A stretch of 19,091 nucleotides of DNA from Octopus sinensis (lineage: Eukaryota). Below the pieces are notes generated by a model that did not search any database, was not told the origin of the DNA, and saw only the letters and a list, made by a program, of their open reading frames with translations. Position numbers and translations under genes: made by a program. Location: NCBI RefSeq assembly GCF_006345805.1, contig NW_021824342.1:1-19091 (forward strand), written 5' to 3'. This document shows, one piece after another, positions 1 to 11,058 of this stretch (positions within the stretch are counted from its first letter, which is position 1; the number at the start of each line of letters is the position of its first letter).

Positions 1-172
1 TACATACATACATGCATACATCATACATACATACATACATACATACATACATACATACATGTTACATACATACATACAACATACATACATCCATACATAC
101 ATACATACATACATACATACATACATACATACATACATACATACATACAAACATACATACATACATACATAT
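1..172. repeat. (TACA)n microsatellite
   Basis: Directly visible. Confidence 0.97.
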
Positions 173-862
173 ATGTGAGGGCAGGCTCGTATGAAAGAGT
201 CAACAAATGAAAAGAAGTACTACTCAAAAAAGTCAATTGAAGCTGACTCAGTTCTACATTACTTAAAAATTCATGGAAACGAAATATGTCATCTTCAGCT
301 GCAGAGTCAGAGTGAAGAGAAATTTTTTTAAAATGCGCCCAAATCCGTAAAGTGAACATGGTGATGGTGTCTAGTAAGGTTTGGTGTTTCAGCGACGGTA
401 TAGCTATACAGAGCAAGAGTACCAGTGTGATAGTTTGTTATATATTAGTTTGTGTGTCGAGCATGGTTTCCGGTGCAAATATTGCGAGTTGTTTTACACG
501 AAAGAGGAAATAATCTCACTGTGCGCAAACTGAGGTTATAGACATTCTGGTGGCCATCTACCTCGAGGGAGGCCTTTCCGGGATATCCGCGATTGATTGA
601 TTGGAATACATTAACAAAATCTATTTGTTTTTGTGACAACAATAAGATGGATTGGTTCGCTTGTTGATGAATTCTGCAAACATGTGTATGCATATGAATA
701 CACGTATGTGTATGTATGCTTACATGTTTGTATGTTTATGTACGTGAGTGTATGTGTACGTACATATTTGTGCATAGGCGTGCAGGTGTGTGCTTATGTA
801 TATTTGCGAAAGTAAATACACGACAGGTAGCTTTTGATTTGTTGCAAGCATATAACCCAGTA

Positions 863-930
863 CAACTTGCTACATGGTTTGGTTTTTGGTAATTTTTGCA
901 ACTTGGTACATGGTTTGGTTTTTGGTAATT
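863..930. repeat. Tandem duplication, period 36
   Basis: caacttg(c/g)tacatggtttggtttttggtaatt at 863-894 and 899-930, with one mismatch. Confidence 0.9.
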
Positions 931-1689
931 AAACTAGCAAATACGGCAGAATACACATGAAAGGACTAAACCAGCGCCCGACTAACGACTATCAAGTAAT
1001 ATTGAACGAAGACACGGTAATATTGAGAATAAGCGCACTGTAAGAAGACTTTGAGAACGATGGTACTCCTGGTTCTTGTTAAAAGAACCGTCTCGGAGAA
1101 AGACAGATTAGGCTCTTTAACCATATTAAGGAGTAGACTATCTGAGTCGTCCTGCTATTTTGCGGCTCCAGAAACACAAAAATCTAGAAGCTATAACGAT
1201 CAGGTTTGAAGGCATTTGCCGACAGATAGAATTTCCCGTAGAATTTTGAATTTTGGAAGTGGTATCAGTTGTCCTATGATTGCTTTTACCACTGGATCGT
1301 TCAACTTTACAGTGAGGGTAGTGATACTGAGAAATGCGCACCACTGCTACTATCATATAGCACCATTATGCATGTATCTTTTCCTGCCATAAAGAAAGTT
1401 AATTTCGTATGTCAGATGTTTATGCTACAGTGTATAGGTATCTAACACGCGTGTTCTGTTACAGTGATATTCATCAAGAAAGTAATTACAGAATTATATT
1501 CTTCATAAGATTACAGTATAGATGTAGCATAGGCATTAGTAATCATAAGGTTCTGGTCACCTGCGCAACTGCAACATCAGCTGCAGACTCTCTTTAAAGA
1601 ATGCGGTAATCAAAATATTCACAATTGAAAGCTAAAATAAGCATCCATTTATTTCCGTGAATGACCATTGACTTGTGTCGTAAACACAC

Positions 1690-1829
1690 ACATATATGTA
1701 TGCGACTATATGTATTTATGTATTATATATGTACATACATACGCACACACACACACATGTATATATATACAGATACATATAAATATATACAGATACACAC
1801 ATATATATATATATAACGTGTATATATAT

Positions 1830-1863
<34 letters not shown>

Positions 1864-2220
1864 TATATATATATATATAATATATATATAATAGATATAT
1901 ATATATATATATGTATTATATATTATATATATATATATATATAATAAATACATATACATACATATTTTATGTATGTATATATATATATATACATATATAT
2001 ACATACATTATATATATATAACATATACATATATATATATATATACATATATACATATATACATATATACATATATACATATACATATATACATATACAT
2101 ATATACATATACATATATACATATATATATATATATAAACGTATATACAAATATATATATATACACACATATACATACATATAATTATGTATGCATATAT
2201 GTATACATATAGGTAGGTAT
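1690..2220. repeat. Compound (AT)n/(ATATAC)n/(AC)n microsatellite block
   Basis: Directly visible. Confidence 0.95.
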
Positions 2221-2297
2221 ACATTAAATACATGACAACAAATGTACTGAAATGAAAGTATGTAGAACTTTCATGATTTGTTCAGTGGTCTACATGT

Positions 2298-2525
<228 letters not shown>

Positions 2526-2804
2526 GTAGGACTATGTATGTAGAAATATATGCGTGCATAAATGTATGTGAATTATTTCACACATGTCCAGAAACTATAT
2601 TTCGTAGACTACGAAAAATCACTGTCACATGCAATAAAAAATGGCTACTTCTTTTTTTTTTCCCACAGACTTTTACTTCTATCATTATATTTTAGACCAT
2701 GACAGCAAACACAATCGTATTCCTTTTAAAACCTGGAATCAATTTCTTTGTATAGCATCGCCTACCAATTTCTGTAATTATCCCCCTTCATGTAATAAAT
2801 ATAA

Positions 2805-2955
2805 ATGTGTATATGCGCATATAGACAATATATATATATATATAGATATATATATATATATATATATATATGCGTGTGTGTGTGCATGCGCGTGTATATA
2901 TGTAAATATATGTATGTGTGTGTATGTATATATACATATATATATATACACATTC
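2805..2955. repeat. Compound (AT)/(GT) microsatellite
   Basis: Directly visible. Confidence 0.92.
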
Positions 2956-3140
2956 ACACGCACTCATTGTTGTTGCTTTCACAGTTATTACATAGAAGTA
3001 TCTTTCTTCGATTTTCTTCGTTCTAAAGAATGTCGTTATATCAGGAAAATTGTCTGTTTACTTCCTATTACATCTTACTTGTACACGATTACCATCCTAA
3101 TTTCGTTGTGCGTCTGTGTGTATAACAGATGGATAGCTAC

Positions 3141-3141
<1 letters not shown>

Positions 3142-3176
<35 letters not shown>

Positions 3177-3195
3177 AAGAGAGAGGAAGGGAGAG
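3142..3195. repeat. (AG)n microsatellite
   Basis: Directly visible. Confidence 0.93.
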
Positions 3196-3279
3196 AATGT
3201 GTGTAGGACAGACACAGAGAAAAACCGTTACATGCTTTATGATGTGTAGTAAACAAAAACTAGAAATCAGTCATATATT

Positions 3280-3328
<49 letters not shown>

Positions 3329-3423
3329 GAGAGAGAGAGAGAGAGAGATGTATGTATATATATATATAGATATATATATATATATATTATGTATACATCT
3401 GTATATATATGTATATATGTACA

Positions 3424-3475
<52 letters not shown>

Positions 3476-3490
3476 TACAGTATATATGAA
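3280..3490. repeat. Compound (GT)/(AT)/(AG)/(AT) microsatellite
   Basis: Directly visible. Confidence 0.93.
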
Positions 3491-4710
3491 TATGAAACTC
3501 ACACATGTGTGTGTATGTCTGTAATTATGTATGTATACACATAAACACGCACACATGATCTGACATGCACCCGCGCACATACACACAATCTAATTTTTTT
3601 GTTTTTTATTTATTTATTTATTTATTTGTTTATTTTGGTCCTTGTGAACGGAAGAACATGAGTGAAAGGGAAAGAGAATACAGAATACATAATGTATAAT
3701 GTCAACGATTTCTAAGAGTTTTTCGTTAAATGTCTGCCTTTCGGCTTTGGTAACATATGCAATTGAATCCTGTCAACTGGTACCTACTATATCGATAGCG
3801 AATCTGTTGTTATAAAGAAAGAGCAGAATCAATTCGAATGTAGAACTTTCTTTCTAAGTTATAACTTTTCAGAGTCAATAACAACTCAGACCCTTATCTT
3901 TTTGCTTGGCATCGTCGGTGATATCTCTAAGACTCACTTGCCAATTTGCTAAGGGCCATCCAGATAATTTTCTGCGATATATTTAGCGTATTACAGTAAT
4001 TGGTTCAGTAACAAGTTCTAATGGCCACTTGTATTTATATCGATGTGCTGCCGGCAGAGGACATTTGAATATTTTATAGCAGAGTCTATGGCAACCCAGT
4101 TTCGCTGCTTAGTTCGATCGGTCTCTTGGGTAGAACTTTGTAATAAAACAATGCTTGCGTTTCAGGTGCCACTACAGAATTTTCTAGATGTTATTGATGA
4201 GTAATATTGATAATTTTTGAAATCGTTCGACACCATCTGCTAATTGTTTCAGTGGGTTTTCTATATGGAAGCTATCTACACACCCTCCTACCCCTACCCC
4301 ACCCCACCTCCAAAAAAATAAATAGAAAATAAAGATATGATTTTCCTCTTTGTTAAGTTGTAATTTATAGAGTGTATATTATATGTTGGTGACGCATCGA
4401 AGTTGTTAAAGATTCACTTCAAGACGGAAAGAGTTGTATGATTCATTAAAGATTTCCTCTTTTCTTCTTATTTTTCTTTTTTTTTTTTTCTTTTGATAAA
4501 CTCACCTTCCATTAAATATTTTAAAGTATCCGCGCGCGGTGCTAGTATGTGTTGATCCCTTTTTGGCAAATGAATGCTCATACTTTTCGTTTTTACAAAT
4601 GGGGGTAGACAGATTAGTGGTTTAGTCTGAAGAAAATGGATTAGCTGTTTTGTAAGCAGATGCATTTACAGAATAGATGAACGTTCTATATAATTATGAT
4701 TGGTGGGTAA

Positions 4711-4910
4711 GGCGGCGAGCTGGCAGAAACGTTAGCACGCCGGGCGAAATGCGTAGCCGTATTTCGTCTGCCGTTACGTTCCGAATTCAAATTCGGGGTC
4801 GATAAATTAAGTACTAGTTACGCACTGGAGTTGATATAATCGACTTAATCCGTTTGTCTCTCCTTGTTTGTCCCCTGTGTGTTTAGCCCCTTGTGGGTAG
4901 TAAAGAAATA
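4711..4910 (+). mobile_element. tRNA-derived SINE, family A, copy 1 (internal 31-nt deletion)
   Basis: It starts ggcggcgagctggcagaaacgttagcacgccgggcgaaatgc, has an A-box-like TGGCAGAAACG and a B-box-like GAATTCAAATTC, and ends tttagccccttgtgggtagtaaagaaata. It aligns along its length with 7189-7404 and with the reverse complement of 18398-18585. Confidence 0.85.
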
Positions 4911-5515
4911 TATATAATTATGGTTGGGGATGGAATATAGCAAAAACTGCTTGGCGTGGCTTTAATATAAACGTGGAAATAATTGCAGATACTTATAATT
5001 AAATAATTACGAATTAAGGAAGGTTCTATGCAATGATTAAATTTTGATGTGTTTTCAAAGTGACACTAAACTTTTTTTCTTTTCCCTTCCATATTCTATT
5101 CTTTTACTTTTTTCCCCATTTATTCCGATGATGGTCTATCATCCGAAATGTTATATTCTTTTCTATTTCTCTGACTGAGTAATGACGTAAAGACATTGGC
5201 ATTTTTCATGTATCTCCTTCTGTTAATTAGCTGAAATTGTTCGTCAGAATAAACTATTAGAAACCGCTGACGTCAGGAGTATTTCTACCACAAATTCAAG
5301 CTAGAAGGCGTCACAAGTTTTTATTAGGAAACATTAGTAATAATATTTAAACTGATTTTACGATTGAATATGAAGAGAGTCAAATTACTTTACGCTTTTA
5401 TGTAAACGGTAGATTAAATATTTTTTTAGCTATTTCATAATATTTGAACAATGTCCCATGACGTACCATTGGACTCACATATCTTTCTCACAATTTTTTT
5501 TGAAGGCTTAGTGAT

Positions 5516-5524
5516 ATGTATGTA

Positions 5525-5561
<37 letters not shown>

Positions 5562-5705
5562 ATTATGTATGCATGTATGTATGTATGCATGCATGTACGT
5601 ACATATGTATGAGCATGTATGTGTGTGCATGTATGTGTGCATGTATGTGTGTATGTATATGTGTGTGTATATATACATTTGTTTGTATATGCATATATGT
5701 ATACA
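5516..5705. repeat. Compound (TATG)n/(GT)n microsatellite
   Basis: Directly visible. Confidence 0.93.
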
Positions 5706-6532
5706 CAACGTATATTCAAGCATTACAAGCAAGAATCAGCGGGCCTGTTTCTATTTCTTTTTCAAATTAGTTCTTGTAATGTCTAATATCGTTTTACGTT
5801 AAAATTTCTAGCAGTTATTTCATTCATAATATATATAAATGAAAAGAAACACATAAATTCCAATACATGATTTCTATACAGTATGCACACTCTATATACG
5901 TATCATTTGTCGCCTCTGAATTTGAATTCAGCATGATTGCACTCTCGCCAAACATATAAAGATTGTAAATTTACAAAAACATATCTATAATTCTTTTATT
6001 TCACTAAATATATTTCCTTGTCAATAACACGTTCTCAGCTCTCCGAAGATCTTGATATTTTATATTTTATTCTTAACATATTTCGGATTCTGTTTGCCAG
6101 TTTCCTGCGTATGTCTTTCTATTGGCATATATCACTTTAACACTTTCGCAGCTACACAGGCTGATAAATCTCACTTCTCTTTTTATACTGTGTTATAGAA
6201 ATTTAATATCTGTTGTTAGAATGTTTCTATAGGAACTGTTCAATATAAGCGTGAAAGAATCATTTCAAAATCAACATTCAGCGGTGTACATATATATCTC
6301 AATATTCTCGTCTAAAGCTAACCTACGACATATCTTCGTAAAATATTTTAATGAAATTTTATTTTCTGAATTTTCTCCATAGGATTAATTCATATATGAA
6401 ACTGGTGTATATGAATAAAACTAGATAGGTTTAATCATAATAATACCACAATATTATTACCATGTAGCATCCGATTTATTGAGATTCTTTCAAAGCATCT
6501 ACATCTGTGTACATCTGTTCATGAATTGACTT

Positions 6533-6602
6533 ATATACACATTCAAATACACACATACATACATACATACATCATACATACATATACATACATACATACA
6601 TA

Positions 6603-6673
<71 letters not shown>

Positions 6674-6733
6674 TTAATATATATATATATATATATAATA
6701 TATATTATAGATATATATATATATATATATATA
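6533..6733. repeat. (ATAC)n followed by (AT)n
   Basis: Directly visible. Confidence 0.95.
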
Positions 6734-7091
6734 GCAGTCAATTAGATAAACGAAATTACTACTTCTGATGAAATTACCGCTATTGTAGTACGCTACATAT
6801 GGTCATGGGATCCGCCATGGGATCCACCAGAAAGAGCAGCTGTCTCCCCCAGACTTCAGAGATGGTAATTAATATTGAATAATATAGTTCGGGTTCAATA
6901 TATGAAAATTACTCAAGACTGTTATGGCGGTCTAAGATGATCGGAGTATCTAAAGAACAACATTTCTACAATTAATCCCAATAACTACAAAGTTCACCTA
7001 CCGGAAGTTATAGCAAAAATCCGATCGCACCTTATAAATTGGGAGTGTATATTGGAAGAGGTAGTTTTGTTGAATTGTTTGTTTGTAAATG

Positions 7092-7160
7092 AGATGGTCA
7101 CGGTTGGAGTACAGTGACCATATACCCGTTTAGCCAAAAATGATCTACGGCTAAACGGGC
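7092..7160 (+). repeat. Short interspersed repeat fragment, related to 7494-7570
   Basis: agatggtcacggttggagtacagtgaccata...ggctaaac resembles agatggaatgattgtggttggagtgcctttggttata...gagctaaac. It is probably a SINE 3' module. Confidence 0.45.
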
Positions 7161-7188
7161 CAATCAGGTGATCGGAGTGGTCCTTGAC

Positions 7189-7404
7189 TAGCACGCCGGG
7201 CGAAATGCTTTGTGGTATTTCATCCACCGCTACGTTCTGAGTTCAAATTCTGCCGAGGTCGACTTTGTCTTTCATCCTTTCGGGGTCGATAAATTAAGTA
7301 CCAGTTACCCACTGGGGTCGATGTAATCGACTAAATCTCTTTGTCTGTCCTTGTTTGTCCTCTCTATGTTTAGCCCCTTGTGGGCAATAAAGAAATAAGA
7401 AATA
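7189..7404 (+). mobile_element. tRNA-derived SINE, family A, copy 2 (lacks the first ~20 nt)
   Basis: tagcacgccgggcgaaatgc...gagttcaaattctgccgaggtcgactttgtctttcatcctttcggggtcgataaattaagtacc...tttagccccttgtgggcaataaagaaataag. It is colinear with 4711-4910. Confidence 0.85.
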
Positions 7405-7493
7405 GTAAAAATATCTCCATCACACAACATACCGTTTAAAAAGGAACATATTGGTTAAGTTTATTCCTGAATGCACCTAGCTAAACAACACAG

Positions 7494-7570
7494 ATGGAAT
7501 GATTGTGGTTGGAGTGCCTTTGGTTATAGGTCTGGCCTGGGAGCTAAACAAAAGAACTAAAAACAAACAA
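7494..7570 (+). repeat. Short interspersed repeat fragment, related to 7092-7160
   Basis: It shares gatgg..ggttggagt..ctaaac and ends in an (A)AAC-rich tail. Confidence 0.45.
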
Positions 7571-7715
7571 GTAAAATTATTAGCATATGAGTGAAATTCC
7601 ACGCATAAGATTTCATGTTCACATCCCTGTTGTAGATTGTCCTTAAAATTGTGACTAACCTGAAATGTTTTATTTCCATCTCAAATTTTCATCAAAAACT
7701 TTCAGATCCAGGTTC

Positions 7716-7716
<1 letters not shown>

Positions 7717-7802
<86 letters not shown>
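7717..7802. repeat. (AT)n microsatellite
   Basis: Directly visible. Confidence 0.96.
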
Positions 7803-7807
<5 letters not shown>

Positions 7808-8005
7808 TCGTTAGTTACTGCACGCATTTTTTTTCTCTCCTTCTTTCTGTGTTTTTTTCTCTCTGTGTATCTTTCTGTTGAAGAGCGTAGGCTCGAAACG
7901 TTAAAGACTTGTTTTATTTATATTTCCTGAGCGCCATACTAATACAATTGTTTGTTTGTTTTCCACCTGCCTTCGTCTTTTGTCTATTTTCATAAAGCTT
8001 CCCGT

Positions 8006-8006
<1 letters not shown>
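7803..8006 (+). mobile_element. ~200-bp interspersed repeat flanked by (AT)n on both sides, probably Penelope-like-derived and non-autonomous; copy 1
   Basis: It aligns with the reverse complement of 15540-15741: tctttctg..gaagagc..taggctcgaaacgt..aaaga, gagcgcca-actaataca, cttcgtc. It contains a hammerhead-like fold. Confidence 0.7.
7870..7907 (+). ncRNA. Minimal type-I hammerhead-ribozyme-like motif with a variant core
   Basis: UCUUU-CUGUUGAA-GAGC(GUAG)GCUC-GAA-ACGU-U-AAAGA. Stem I is UCUUU/AAAGA, stem II is GAGC/GCUC and stem III is the palindrome ACGU, as in minimal hammerheads of Penelope-like elements. Position 6 is U rather than the canonical A. Activity is not shown. Confidence 0.55.
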
Positions 8007-8033
<27 letters not shown>

Positions 8034-8037
<4 letters not shown>

Positions 8038-8123
8038 CGTGATCACCGTGACCGACCAGGCTATCAGATGTTGCTACACATCGTTAGCCACAATGCGCTT
8101 CGCATTGTTTTAGCGAGCAGGCC
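8034..8123. repeat. Short interspersed repeat remnant with a hairpin
   Basis: tcaccgtgatcaccgtgaccgaccaggctatcagatgttgctacacatcg, with a perfect 8-bp stem acaatgcg/cgcattgt (8090-8108). I recall it as a common octopus repeat; this is unverified. Confidence 0.45.
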
Positions 8124-8184
8124 TATATATATATATATTGATAGAGAGAAAGAGTGAAAGAAAGCGAGGAAGGAAGAAAGGCGG

Positions 8185-8255
8185 AGAGAGACAGACTGAC
8201 AGATAGACAGACAGACGGACACACAAACACAGACACAGACAGACAGACAGATAGG
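8185..8255. repeat. (AGAC)n/(AC)n microsatellite
   Basis: Directly visible. Confidence 0.9.
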
Positions 8256-10271
8256 TGAAGAAAAAGCAAGCATGCATAAAACTTCATGTTCACGCCAGTT
8301 ACTGTATATCGAAAGTGAGAATAATTTAAATATATCACTTACACCTGAAATCTTTGTAGAAAACATTTCTATCGAAGTTCATTAAAGGAAAGCAAATATC
8401 AATCCTAATTGACAACATAATTTCCTCGCTTTATTCCCATTTGTTCCCAGCTGATATAAAACCACACATTTACACATAACCATGTTCACGCTTGGCCCCA
8501 AATCCCTCAGACACATATCTATGTCAACTGTGCGTCAATCTAGACACTCTTCACACATACTTCATTTCTCCCACGCATGTCAGGTGTATTATTATACTTT
8601 CTCTCTTCTCCACCGCAGAACACCCTTATTTCATTCTCACCTATTTCAGGATCGTAACATTATTTACAACTCTTCCCGCGACAACTGAGCTACAATCTAT
8701 CTATACATTAACTGTTGTCGGCACATATTATCTATTTCACTGACGACGAATCTTACCTTATTATAGATAAAACTGATGAGATGATTTTATTAATGCATCG
8801 ATAGCCGTTCAGCTCTCATACAGTGGCTATAAACTGAGAAAAATATTTCGTTTTGGGATTTGGTTTGCAAGATTCTTTATATGAGATCGTGTGTTGAAGC
8901 ATATTCTGTTGTGCCTGGGGAGAGACATTTTCTTTTTGCGCCTTATTATGTAACACACTCACCGGTAAAATTTCCACTTTTTTCTTATTTTTATTCTAAA
9001 ATTTTCGTTGCGTCTTGCAACCTTTTCAATAGTTTTGACTCACTGAGAAAAATATGTTTTTCTTTTAAGAAAGTGCTAATTTTAATATAAATACTTTAAA
9101 TTAGCATTATAGTGATCAGTGTATAAAGGCCTATTATAATTTCTAAGACTAAAATGCTTTTGTTGAGCAAGATGATTTAGTGGCAGGTTACGCCTGACTT
9201 TTTCAGCATTAGTCTTTATATGTGCCCGGGCATCTTTAGCAGCGGCACTAACTAGTTATACACATTTCAACAATCTCCGGTTGTTATTGTATTTCGTAAC
9301 TTTTCTTCTAAAGCCCAAGTGACAGTAAAAGGAAATCAGGAACATATTATTTAAACGTCAGATCAGATACAAATGTAAACATTTGCTGACAGCTTCTGAT
9401 TTTCAGTGAAAAGTCGTATTACCTAACTGCACTCATCTATTGAGAATTTAAGCCAAGTGGTTAACAACAAACGGCATGATAGTCTTCTGGCTTATTCACA
9501 AATAATCTTCCTTTGCTTGGTGGTCAATGTGCAAAAAAAAGAAATACAATTAAACTTTATACCCAGAATACTGGCAGTACAAAAAGAGGGGATTTGTTTC
9601 ATTGTACAACTTCCTTTGCATCTTAAACAAATCGCTTCTTCAGATATATCAATGGTGGACTCAAATGTTGTCTCAACAATTTTGAGTAATTCCGAAACTA
9701 TTAGTTACATAGATTCATGGGATTGTATAGTTGTATTATATATATATTACATGTACCTAAATATGAAACACGTCTAAATATTAAATACATCTAAATATTA
9801 AATGCGTATGAATATTAAATACATCTAAATTTACGCAAAAGCGAGAGAAGAATATATAAAGTGTCCGAGAACTATTCAATATGAATTAAAGGCGTTTGAT
9901 CTATGTAACGTAATGCAATAAAGTATTCCCCTGGCGATCCATTGTAGTTACGCATCCAATTGCACTTAGAACAGCCTATGCACAGATTTCAAATAACTAA
10001 ACTAGTGAAAAGTACGAAGGAAACAAATGATATACACACGGGATTATCTTAATTTCTCCTAGATTTGCTAAGTATATCATAAGCAGTTATACTATCAAGA
10101 ATAGTAGTAGCTTAACCACGATACTTGAAGTAGACTGGACTATCATAATCTAAGGGGAGTTCTGAACTAAACGGCAACAGTAGAACATTTAACTGTACAC
10201 ACACGATATGCTACCCGTGCATGTCTATGTATGAGTGTATAGATAGATAGCTATATATATATATATATATA

Positions 10272-10390
10272 TAGTAATGCATCGATATACGAGTTAATTT
10301 GTTCCCGGAGACCACTCGTAAAGCGAAAACGCGTAAACAGAGCAATAATTTTCCAAAGTAGCAATGTAATAAATCGTAATTCGTTCCAAG
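10272..10390 (+). mobile_element. Possible terminal fragment of a pogo/Tigger-like DNA transposon or MITE
   Basis: It starts in (TA)n with tagtaatgcatcgatatacgagttaatttgttcc, has an internal tacgagt/actcgta inverted pair (10288-10294/10314-10320) and a repeated taatt(t/c)gttcc motif. The resemblance to CAGT..CCTCG..ATACGAG termini is from memory, and no second terminus was found. Confidence 0.4.
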
Positions 10391-10446
10391 AAAAATATTT
10401 TGCCTATAGAATTTATAATTCTCGTACATAAATAACAATAAACAAC

Positions 10447-10495
10447 AGTAAAATATAAATATTTTAAGTAAAATATAAATATTTTAAGTAAAATA
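10447..10495. repeat. 20-bp tandem repeat x ~2.5
   Basis: agtaaaatataaatatttta occurs twice, plus a partial third unit. Confidence 0.9.
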
Positions 10496-10539
10496 AAAGA
10501 ATGTCAGGATCATTTATAATAAAAAATATTATTATTATT

Positions 10540-11028
10540 GTCATTTACTTTTAATCTGCATGTTAGATGCAATCACCTGCCGGGGCACACCCAGCGCCCT
10601 AGGGCAAGTGAAGGTTAAGAGTTGTTGAAATATAGCTGAAAGGTTGGGGAGGGGAAGTAGAGAAATCCTCCATGTAATACAACACAAACATTTAGATTGA
10701 TAGGGTTTTTCTAAGGATGTGGGCAGAGCAGTACTTGTTAGCTCAATCTTTTGGATTCCTTGAGACATGGTTCTCCAGGGATATTGTCTAGGTGTTTCTG
10801 ACATCCCTTTTTATCATACCTGGGGCACCTACAATAACAGGAACAGTTTTTGTTTAGATTCCACATCTTTTGTATTTCGATTTCCAGGTCCTATATTTAC
10901 TAAGTTTGTCAAATTCCTTTACAGATATATTTTATCAGTGGGGACGCTTACCTCTATTAGCTGCAGGTATTTTTCTTTCCTGTCTTTTAAACAATTATGT
11001 CTGGCGATTAGCCTTGATCGTTCTGTGA
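10540..11028 (-). mobile_element. 5'-truncated R4/Dong element of a second family (RLE domain + 3' UTR)
   Basis: The frame-corrected minus strand reads RTIKANR-DIIV-KDRKEKYLQLIEVSVPTD-NISVKEFDKLSKY-DLEIEIQKMWNL-TKTVPVIVGAPGMIK-GCQKHLDNIPGEPC-QGIQKIELTST-HILRKTLSI* (stop 10692-10694). The 3' UTR 10540-10691 is unlike that of the long copy. A short (TAA)4 tail is at 10527-10539. Amino-acid identity to the long copy's RLE is roughly 60% by hand alignment. Confidence 0.9.
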
Positions 11029-11058
11029 TTTTTTTTTTTTTTTTTTTGTTGACGAAAA

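Noticed and set aside
863-930. Direct repeats here and at 10447-10495 and 15052-15089 as CRISPR-like arrays
   Set aside because: They have only two to three abutting units, no unique spacers, no cas genes and a eukaryotic context; they are ordinary tandem duplications.
1138-1597. Several overlapping 60-70-codon open frames
   Set aside because: No recognisable domain, and the lengths are within chance expectation.
1588-1640. Possible third hammerhead (..ttaaagaa tgcgg..tcaca att gaa agct a..) with palindromic AGCT stem III
   Set aside because: The CUGA core is absent, stem II pairs poorly and stem I is weak. It could be a decayed Penelope-like remnant but is not supportable.
4166-4200. 35-nt segment tttcag|GTGCCA...GATGA|gtaata reading VPLQNFLDVIDE
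   Set aside because: It is too short, such splice-like pairs are common by chance, and its phase is incompatible with the candidate exon at 5231.
4711-4790. tRNA genes at the SINE heads
   Set aside because: The A/B-box-like motifs are present but there is no complete cloverleaf, and each continues into a shared SINE body.
5900-6300. Purine-skewed minus strand with short protein-like pieces (e.g. YQDLRRAENVLLTRKYI)
   Set aside because: It might be an ancient transposon remnant, but no diagnostic motif survives and all frames have frequent stops.
8482-8743. Two overlapping plus ORFs and a C/T-rich strand bias
   Set aside because: No RT or host-protein motif could be matched on either strand.
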